A DNA stretch of 64,000 nucleotides from assembly GCA_963664875.1 (NCBI GenBank), contig OY761611.1:288001-352000 (forward strand). The letters are read 5' to 3'. Made by a program: the position numbers and the translations under genes. Below, piece by piece: positions 57,264 to 64,000 of the stretch. Under the pieces are notes generated by a model. That model searched no databases, was not told the DNA's origin, and was given only the letters and a program-made list of their open reading frames with translations. This DNA is from Candidatus Kapaibacterium sp. Its GTDB lineage: Bacteria; Bacteroidota; Ignavibacteria; Kapaibacteriales; UBA2268. The stretch's first letter is position 1, and every line of letters starts with the position of its first letter.

Positions 57264-58388
57264 ATGACTGAAAATACCCCATTAATTTTAATAGTAGATG
57301 ATGTGCCTAAAAACATTCAGGTTGTTGGCAACATCCTGAGAGAAGAAGGCTACAGAATTGCTTATGCTCTAAATGGGCAAACTGCACTTGAACTTGTAAA
57401 CAGTAATAGTTTTGATTTGATTTTGTTAGATGTGATGATGCCTGAAATGGATGGTTTTACTCTTTGTAGCAAAATAAAAGAAATTGAATCATATAAAAAT
57501 GTTCCAATCATATTTTTGACTGCAAAAAACGACCATGCCAGTCTATTGAAAGGATTCGAACTTGGGGGCGTCGATTACGTAACAAAACCTTTCAGAGCCA
57601 GAGAACTTATTGTTAGAGTAAATACTCATGTACGTCAGAAAACAGAAAATCAGACACTACTTCAATCTGTATCAGATTTTCAGGATTTAAGCGAGAAAAA
57701 AGATAAATTTTTCTCTATCATTGCTCATGATATGCGCAATCCGCTTGCCGCATTCAAATCTATAGCAGAACTTCTTGACAAATCTTTTGATGAAATGACA
57801 AGAGAAGATATAAGAAGTTACATTGCAACTATAAGAGATAGTGCGGACAGATTATATGATTTATTCCAAAATTTGATGAGTTGGTCTCGTTCCAAAACTA
57901 ATTCTATTCTTTATAGCCCTCAAACTATTAGTATAGATTTTGTAATATCTAATGTGATTGATTTAATTCGGATAAGTGCAGACAAAAAAGATATAGAAAT
58001 CTATACAAATTACGATCAGCTTTCAGAAATATATGCTGATGTTAATATGCTATCAACAATCCTTCGCAATCTTATAAGCAATGCCATCAAATTTAGTAAT
58101 CCGGGTGGCTTGATAGAAATTGATGTAATAGACGATGAAGAAAAAGTGCTTTTTACTGTAACAGATAGCGGGACAGGTATCCCTAAAGAAAGACTAACAA
58201 AATTATTTGATTACCACGAAACTAAATCTACGATTGGTACTGCAGGCGAAAAAGGAACAGGACTCGGTTTACTGCTATGTGAAGAGTTTGTATCTAAACA
58301 CGGTGGAAAAATATGGGCTGAAAGTGATTTAGGCAAAGGAACTAAATTCAATTTTACTATACCAAAATCAAATGAAGAGGGCGAATGA
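57264..58388 (+). CDS. Cytoplasmic REC-HisKA-HATPase hybrid kinase/response regulator
   Basis: LIVDD, LLDVMMP, KPF; AHDMRNP, NLISNAIKF, DSGTG, GTGLGL; no TM or sensor domain. Confidence 0.93.
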   Translation: MTENTPLILIVDDVPKNIQVVGNILREEGYRIAYALNGQTALELVNSNSFDLILLDVMMPEMDGFTLCSKIKEIESYKNVPIIFLTAKNDHASLLKGFELGGVDYVTKPFRARELIVRVNTHVRQKTENQTLLQSVSDFQDLSEKKDKFFSIIAHDMRNPLAAFKSIAELLDKSFDEMTREDIRSYIATIRDSADRLYDLFQNLMSWSRSKTNSILYSPQTISIDFVISNVIDLIRISADKKDIEIYTNYDQLSEIYADVNMLSTILRNLISNAIKFSNPGGLIEIDVIDDEEKVLFTVTDSGTGIPKERLTKLFDYHETKSTIGTAGEKGTGLGLLLCEEFVSKHGGKIWAESDLGKGTKFNFTIPKSNEEGE

Positions 58389-59863
58389 AACTGTTAAAGT
58401 CAGTACCTTTGCATGTTAAAATTCTGATTGCCTTGGTTTTAGGGGCAATCTGGGGTTCTGTTTTTTCAGTTCAATCCGATGTTTTTATTGCCAATTATGA
58501 GAATAACTCCAATCAATCTGAATCTATAATTGCGGACTGGGACAAAATAGAGATACAAAATTCTGATGTTTCTTATTCGAGAAGTGAAGCAAATAAGTTT
58601 TTCAATTATGTAGGTAAAAATAAACCGATAAATGTTGTAATCTATCAGCAAAACAAAGCAGAGATTTTACTCACAATCGAATCAATAAAGAAAAAAGAAA
58701 CTTTTGCTACATATTTGAGACCAATAGGTACTCTTTTTATAAAACTTTTAAGTTTTCTGGCAATACCTCTTGTAATCGCCTCATTGATAGTAGGAGCAGC
58801 TAGTCTTGATAACATTAAGAAATTGGGGAGAATAGGAGGTAGAACCTTTTTATTTTATTTAGCTACTACTACTATAGCTATTGGCATAGGTTTGTCGCTT
58901 GCAAATTTGATAGCTCCCGGCAAACAAATACCAGATAGTATTAAGTCTGAAATGCTCAGTTCTGCTGATAATAATATAGATGCTGACATAAGCTCAAAAA
59001 TGGAAATTGATTTGTTAGAGTTTGTAGTTGATATAGTACCTAAAAATCCGTTTAAAGCTATGAGTAGCGGCAATATGCTGCAAATTGTGTTCTTTTCTGT
59101 AATGTTTGGGATAACACTAACTTTTATTGAGAAAGAAAAAAGTAGCGTTGTAATATCATTTTTTTCAGGCGTATCTGATACTATGATTAAAATGGTAGAT
59201 TTTATTATGTATTTGGCACCTTATGGTGTTTTTGCTTTGATAGCAGCCACAATAGCAGATTTCGGGTACGAGATAATATCGACTCTTGTGTGGTATATTT
59301 TAACTGTAATTCTTGGACTATTTTTGCAAAACTTTTTAGTTTATAATTCTGTCGTAAAATTATTTGGTAGAATTTCTATCAAAAAGTTTTTAAGCGAAAT
59401 ACGAAATGCACAAGCAATAGGCTTTAGTACAAGCTCCTCTGCAGCTACTTTACCTGTTACATTCGAGTGTGTTGAGAAAATGGGAGTACCTAAGCAGGTA
59501 TCCGGGTTTGTGTTGCCGCTTGGTGCCACTATAAATATGGATGGAACCGCCCTTTACCAAGGAGTTGCTACAGTTTTCATTGCACAGATTTATGGAATGG
59601 ACTTAGGTCTAACCGAACAGCTTACTGTAGTTCTGACTGCTGTTTTAGCTTCTATAGGTACTGCTCCTGTGCCGGGAGTAGGCATTATCATGCTGGTTAT
59701 GATTTTGCAATCTGTCAATATTCCACCTGAAGGAATTGCACTGATTATGGGAGTTGATAGATTGCTGGACATGATGCGAACAATTACAAACGTAAGTGGT
59801 GATGCAGCAGTAGCTGTGGCGATTGACGGTATAGAAAGTAAAGGTAAGCAAGCTTTGATATAG
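58385..59863 (+). CDS. Dicarboxylate/amino acid:cation symporter (DAACS), probably Na+/Glu-Asp
   Basis: FSTSSSAATLP, PLGATINMDGT, PVPG, DRLLDMMRTITNVSGD (acidic-substrate Arg and Na+-site Asp retained by analogy to GltPh). Confidence 0.93.
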   Translation: MKLLKSVPLHVKILIALVLGAIWGSVFSVQSDVFIANYENNSNQSESIIADWDKIEIQNSDVSYSRSEANKFFNYVGKNKPINVVIYQQNKAEILLTIESIKKKETFATYLRPIGTLFIKLLSFLAIPLVIASLIVGAASLDNIKKLGRIGGRTFLFYLATTTIAIGIGLSLANLIAPGKQIPDSIKSEMLSSADNNIDADISSKMEIDLLEFVVDIVPKNPFKAMSSGNMLQIVFFSVMFGITLTFIEKEKSSVVISFFSGVSDTMIKMVDFIMYLAPYGVFALIAATIADFGYEIISTLVWYILTVILGLFLQNFLVYNSVVKLFGRISIKKFLSEIRNAQAIGFSTSSSAATLPVTFECVEKMGVPKQVSGFVLPLGATINMDGTALYQGVATVFIAQIYGMDLGLTEQLTVVLTAVLASIGTAPVPGVGIIMLVMILQSVNIPPEGIALIMGVDRLLDMMRTITNVSGDAAVAVAIDGIESKGKQALI

Positions 59864-59904
59864 ATAAATGCCACAATTGATTTGAATGGCTCTAAAAGAA
59901 TATA

Positions 59905-59946
59905 AAAAAATCGAACAAAAGAAATTGCTCTATTGTTCGATTTTTT
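59905..59946. terminator. Bidirectional terminator between the symporter and panC
   Basis: 14-bp stem AAAAAATCGAACAA / TTGTTCGATTTTTT with A/T tracts on both sides. Confidence 0.8.
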
Positions 59947-59958
59947 CATATTTCAAAG

Positions 59959-60837
59959 TTAGAAGTTACCTTCATGCAAACCTGAAGGTACTTGAATGAC
60001 TGCATTGTCTATTAGGCGCGTTTTTCCTAAGTACACAGCTAAGAGCAGCACAATTTTATCTCCCGGAAGAAATTCGTCAGGTTCATCGAAGTTATCTGCA
60101 TTGGCTGCAGCAACATAATCTACTTGAAAAAGATTTTTTTCTCTTATCGTTTTAAGCATAATTGAGTTTATTATCTTTCTTCGTTTTTCACCTTTGCCAA
60201 TTTCTAATTTTGCTTCTTCAAGAGCCTGAAATAATGTAGGTGCAACTTCTCTTTCTATTTTAGAAAGATAAGTATTACGAGATGACATAGCCAATCCGTC
60301 TGCTTCTCTTATTGTAGGTGAGATGATTATTTCGATTGGGAAATTCAAATCACGAACTAATTTCTTGATGACAAGAGTTTGCTGATAATCTTTCTGACCG
60401 AATACTGCAATATCAGGGAGTGTGCAGTTGAAAAGTTTTGCTACCACTGTTGCTACACCTGAGAAGTGAGTAGGTCGTTTGATACCTTCAAATTTATCTG
60501 TAACTCCTTTTATGTCTATCGAAGAATTGAAACCTATAGGATACATTTCTAATTCATTAGGATAAAAAAGTATATCAGCTCCTGCACTTTCTGATTTTTG
60601 ACAATCGCTTTCAAAATCTCTTGGATATTTTGCTAAATCTTCGTGTGGTGCAAACTGAGTTGGATTTACAAATAAAGTAGTGATAACAATATCACTGCGT
60701 TTCTTTGCTTCTTCGATTAGGCTTAAATGACCATTATGCAGATAACCCATTGTTGGCACAACAGCTATTTTTTTGCCTTGTACTTTCTGAGCTATTGAAA
60801 AAGCCTGCATTTCAGCAACAGTATTTATAATTTTCAT
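59959..60837 (-). CDS. panC: Pantoate--beta-alanine ligase
   Basis: VPTMGYLHNGH, FVNPTQF, RPTHF.GV, FGQKD.QQ, READGLAMSSRN, RLIDN. Confidence 0.97.
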   Translation of the reverse strand: MKIINTVAEMQAFSIAQKVQGKKIAVVPTMGYLHNGHLSLIEEAKKRSDIVITTLFVNPTQFAPHEDLAKYPRDFESDCQKSESAGADILFYPNELEMYPIGFNSSIDIKGVTDKFEGIKRPTHFSGVATVVAKLFNCTLPDIAVFGQKDYQQTLVIKKLVRDLNFPIEIIISPTIREADGLAMSSRNTYLSKIEREVAPTLFQALEEAKLEIGKGEKRRKIINSIMLKTIREKNLFQVDYVAAANADNFDEPDEFLPGDKIVLLLAVYLGKTRLIDNAVIQVPSGLHEGNF

Positions 60838-61496
60838 TTTAAATCTCTGGAATATATAGTTTCGATATTATTCTGAATTTGAGTACCGGCTCTACCGGCA
60901 GTTTTGTCTGTTATTAGAGCTGGGAAGTTTTTAAAATTTGAAATAGGCAGTTTTGCCAAAAATTCAACAGAATCAGTATAATGATCTTCAAATATAACAG
61001 AATTTTCTTCTACCAATTTTTTGCATATTGATAAATCCTCATAGCCGCAAAAAACTTTAATTGGTTTGATTTTGAAAACCTGTTGTGTAGGACATGTTTC
61101 TAATACTTCTTCAGCGGTGCCGCCATAAGCTCTGGCAAGGCCGCCAACTCCTAATTTTGTACCGCCAAAATATCTTGTTACCACGACCGCAATGTCAGAT
61201 AAGTTGAATTTATTGATGGAAAACAGTATTGGTTTTCCTGCCGATCCTGAAGGCTCTCCATCGTCAGAAGATCTAAATTCTAACCCGTCAGCCCCAATTT
61301 TGTAGGCAAAGCAGTTATGTGTAGCATCATAAAACTCTGCTCTTACAGTATCTAAAAAAGCCTCAGCTTCATCTTTACTACGTACATGTTGTACGGTAGC
61401 TATAAATTTAGAACCTTTGATTTTAGTTTCATATCGCTTTGTTTCATAAATGCTTAAATAGAAGTCTTCAGCTTTCAAAATATCAGTATTTATCAT
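60834..61496 (-). CDS. YigZ/IMPACT family protein
   Basis: IKGSKF, ATHNCFA, SDDGEPSGSAG, RYFGGTKLG.GGL.RAY. Confidence 0.93.
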   Translation of the reverse strand: MINTDILKAEDFYLSIYETKRYETKIKGSKFIATVQHVRSKDEAEAFLDTVRAEFYDATHNCFAYKIGADGLEFRSSDDGEPSGSAGKPILFSINKFNLSDIAVVVTRYFGGTKLGVGGLARAYGGTAEEVLETCPTQQVFKIKPIKVFCGYEDLSICKKLVEENSVIFEDHYTDSVEFLAKLPISNFKNFPALITDKTAGRAGTQIQNNIETIYSRDLK

Positions 61497-61526
61497 ATCA
61501 ATTTTAAGTTCTTATTATTTAGTGCT

Positions 61527-62642
61527 TTATTTTTGAGATTTTTCAATTATATCGTTGCAGTATTGAATCATCAATTCAGCCGAATCATCCCATGAAAATG
61601 ATTTTGCCCACTGAACGGCTCCTTCCGACAAAGAATCATAGAGTTCTTTGTTTTTTAAGATTTGTATGAGTTTATCTGCTAAATCAGAGATATTACCGTA
61701 CTCATATAACATTCCGGAAAGACCAGGCTTAACAGAATCTCTTAATCCGGGTACATTCGCAGAAACTGAAGGAGTGCCGCAGGCGTTAGCTTCTATATTT
61801 GTGATACCCCAACCTTCTTTCATAGATGTATTTACAACAATATGAGATTTCGAGAGCAATTCTACTTTTTGATCTTCAGTAACAAATCCCCAAAATGTAG
61901 TATCTTCGCTTATATTTAACTTTTCAGATAGAGCTTTTAGCGAGTCGAGAAAGTCTCCTTTGCCAATTATTTCGAGTTTAGCATTTGGAATATGAGACTT
62001 TACTATAGAAAACGCTTCCAATAAGTGATCCACACTTTTGTATTTCTTTAATCTTCCAAAATAGCAAATAGTGGGAACATTGTTTTTGTGAGCTACAGCC
62101 ATTGGGAATTGTTTATGCTCTATCGCATTTGGAACTATGCGGAAATTGGCTTCATCAAATCCTCTTTCGATGAACTCCGATAAAGTGCTTTTTGATACAA
62201 CTACAAACGGAGTATTCTTATATGAGACATCAACAAGTTTTTCAGAAAGTAACACGTAAGAAGCTGTCAGAAAATTAGCTTCTCTGTAAATACTTTTCCC
62301 AAAAAAATGATGGCTTATAGCTAAAAGAGGCTCTTTAACAAATAATGGAGTGTAAAATGGAATTTTATTTATATCATCTATTACTATATCGTACTTGTTT
62401 GATTTTCTAAGCTTAAGATATTCTTTTCTTACTATATAATTGAAGAGAGAGCGACTTCCGCGTCTTATTACTTTGATGCCGTCAATAGTTTCCTCATCGG
62501 GGAAACCTGGAACCCGGCAGGCTAAAAGAGTAACTTCATGACCTTTTTGAACTACCCTTCGGAAGATTTCGTGCATGTGAACTTCTGCACCACCTCCAAA
62601 TGGATTTTTTATATCCTGCCAGTTGATTAGTAAAATTCTCAT
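61527..62642 (-). CDS. Glycosyltransferase family 4
   Basis: NP.GGGAE, GRLKKYK, EGWGITNIEANACG.P, PGLRDSV. Confidence 0.92.
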   Translation of the reverse strand: MRILLINWQDIKNPFGGGAEVHMHEIFRRVVQKGHEVTLLACRVPGFPDEETIDGIKVIRRGSRSLFNYIVRKEYLKLRKSNKYDIVIDDINKIPFYTPLFVKEPLLAISHHFFGKSIYREANFLTASYVLLSEKLVDVSYKNTPFVVVSKSTLSEFIERGFDEANFRIVPNAIEHKQFPMAVAHKNNVPTICYFGRLKKYKSVDHLLEAFSIVKSHIPNAKLEIIGKGDFLDSLKALSEKLNISEDTTFWGFVTEDQKVELLSKSHIVVNTSMKEGWGITNIEANACGTPSVSANVPGLRDSVKPGLSGMLYEYGNISDLADKLIQILKNKELYDSLSEGAVQWAKSFSWDDSAELMIQYCNDIIEKSQK

Positions 62643-62671
62643 CAGTAAAGTGTTTCAATATCTATAAAAAA

Positions 62672-62679
62672 CAAATATA
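62672..62679 (-). promoter_or_regulatory. -7 promoter element for the GT4-yigZ-panC operon
   Basis: TATATTTG on the minus strand 29 nt upstream of the ATG. Confidence 0.5.
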
Positions 62680-62699
62680 AGAAAAAATGGTATCTATTG

Positions 62700-62715
62700 T
62701 GGCATAGCTATTGCA
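62700..62715 (+). promoter_or_regulatory. Sigma54 (-24/-12) promoter
   Basis: TGGCATAGCTATTGCA: TGGCA...TTGCA with exact GG-N10-GC spacing, 49 nt upstream of ATG 62765. Confidence 0.7.
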
Positions 62716-62764
62716 AACTTAAACAATAAAACGGAACAAATGATGCTTTGATGGGGGATAAGCT

Positions 62765-63814
62765 ATGAATATTGATATAAAACATAAAATTATAAATTAC
62801 CGGTGGTGGTTAAAATTATCAAGATTACCACTATTAGCCACTTTTTTAGTTGCTGTTGTTTTATTAGGTGCATGTGCGCCAATGACAAGCGTACGAAATG
62901 GATTAGAACTTCAATCTAAATTGAGGGATGAAGTAGTTAATGGCAAAACAGCAGAACTTGCTGATGACCAAAATACACAAATTGAGAGTGAAGATTCAAA
63001 AAATGATAAAATAGCAGAAATTGAAGAATTCGAAAAACTCCTTCAAGAAGCTAAAGTAAATAAAGTCGAGAAACTCAATGCACAAAAGCCAATCAATATA
63101 GCAGAAACTTCGAAAGAACCGGTATTAACTGAAGAATTGGCAGTTGCAGGTGTGCCGTCTCGTGATGATGTTCAAGATGAAACTTTAGAGGCACATCAAA
63201 GGCGTCTTTTAACCTTCAAGGAACAGTTTGATTCTTTTGAAAACAGACATGACAAACTAAAAATGAAAGTAGAGCAAATTGAAGAAGAACTCAAATTTCT
63301 TCGCGGTCAGGTGATTGCTTTAAACAGCAGAAAAGAAACATTTATTGCAGAAACAAAACCTTCTAATAAAGAATCAACAAAAATTATACAGTCTGATGAA
63401 AAACTAAATGCTTCAGCAGACATTCAACAATCAATTGAATCTAAAGATGATACAAAAGAAAAAATGATTCTTGCTGAGCAATTCTATGATAAAGGTAAAT
63501 ATAGAGATGCAATAGGGGAATACTCAAACCTACTTAAAACTGCTAAAGATGTTAAATCTAAATCAGAAGCAAATTATAAAATTGCTATGTGTCATTATCA
63601 TTTAAAAGAATACGAAAAATCCATTCAGTATTATAATGCTGTCTGTGCTATCTCTGGAGACTTATACAAAGACGATGCGAAGATTCATATTGCAGAAGCA
63701 AATATGAAATTAGGAAAGATAGACGAAGCCAAAAAGGCATATCAAAATGTATTAGCTGAATATCCAAGAAGCAAGCATATACCAAAAGCAAGAAAAATGC
63801 TTCAACAGTTATAA
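62765..63814 (+). CDS. TPR lipoprotein, CpoB/YbgF-like
   Basis: Lipobox LLGAC (Cys37), charged linker, coiled coil, three C-terminal TPRs ending EYPRS...ARKML. Confidence 0.75.
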   Translation: MNIDIKHKIINYRWWLKLSRLPLLATFLVAVVLLGACAPMTSVRNGLELQSKLRDEVVNGKTAELADDQNTQIESEDSKNDKIAEIEEFEKLLQEAKVNKVEKLNAQKPINIAETSKEPVLTEELAVAGVPSRDDVQDETLEAHQRRLLTFKEQFDSFENRHDKLKMKVEQIEEELKFLRGQVIALNSRKETFIAETKPSNKESTKIIQSDEKLNASADIQQSIESKDDTKEKMILAEQFYDKGKYRDAIGEYSNLLKTAKDVKSKSEANYKIAMCHYHLKEYEKSIQYYNAVCAISGDLYKDDAKIHIAEANMKLGKIDEAKKAYQNVLAEYPRSKHIPKARKMLQQL

Positions 63815-63817
63815 AAA

Positions 63818-63840
63818 AAAGCCGTGATTGACACGGCTTT
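63818..63840. terminator. Bidirectional terminator
   Basis: Stem AAAGCCGTG / CACGGCTTT, 5-nt loop, A tract upstream, between convergent stops. Confidence 0.8.
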
Positions 63841-63844
63841 AAAT

Positions 63845-64000
63845 TTATTTACCACTGAGTAAAACTTTGACGTTATCACCTATTTTTGCATTGAAAATTT
63901 GCTCGGCGTTTGCATTGCGAACAGCAATTTCTAAAAAGCTGTTTGAACCAGTATAAACAAGAGCTTCTTTTTCTGCTACATCGGCAAACTTTTCTTTCAA
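63845..64000 (-). CDS. C-terminus of SAM hydrolase / SAM-dependent halogenase family protein (DUF62-like), partial
   Basis: Not in the ORF track. Manual translation LKEKFADVAEKEALVYTGSNSFLEIAVRNANAEQIFNAKIGDNVKVYSVVK*; FADV...GS...LEIAV...A..GD fits that family. Confidence 0.75.
   Translation of the reverse strand: MKEKFADVAEKEALVYTGSNSFLEIAVRNANAEQIFNAKIGDNVKVLLSGK

Noticed and set aside
1503-61845. Many short ORFs (60-180 aa) antisense to or nested in long genes, e.g. 56129-56668, 10365-10748, 59590-59949
   Set aside because: Shadow ORFs of well-supported genes, with no motifs or initiation signals.
1-64000. CRISPR array, tRNA/rRNA, IS, prophage or alternative genetic code
   Set aside because: No spaced repeats, cloverleafs, transposase or phage motifs seen by eye; conserved genes are full length under the standard code. 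A covariance-model scan (tRNAscan, Rfam) would be needed to exclude small RNAs.

Overview
AT-rich, gene-dense bacterial chromosome segment read with the standard genetic code: about 50 CDS, two truncated at the window edges. I saw no rRNA, tRNA, CRISPR array, transposase or phage genes. Bacteroidota-type promoter elements (TAnnTTTG), retained Shine-Dalgarno motifs and a ProRS with an editing domain suggest a deep-branching Bacteroidota/Chlorobi relative such as Ignavibacteria or Kapabacteria (inference, not a database result). Content is mostly housekeeping (lplA, proS, dacB, glgA, ispE, ltaE, accA, glmS, panC), plus a MacAB-TolC-like exporter, four two-component genes and a ~15 kb surface-polysaccharide cluster (36.0-50.9 kb). 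The best candidate for an undescribed system is at 14890-15846: a CheB-type receiver fused to an intact CheD deamidase domain, with no chemotaxis genes in the window, heading a three-gene unit. Other notable items: a hybrid histidine kinase lacking its F/G2 ATP-lid motifs and coupled to a sigma54 activator; a GT2 fused to a degenerate phosphoglycosyl-transferase module; a Glu/Asp symporter with an ~80 aa extra loop coupled to a sensor-less kinase; ispE and a polyprenol-kinase-like gene head-to-head 15 bp apart with an antisense internal promoter; a sigma54 promoter before a CpoB-like lipoprotein; and a lone NdpA/YejK-like gene. All assignments come from motif recognition by eye.
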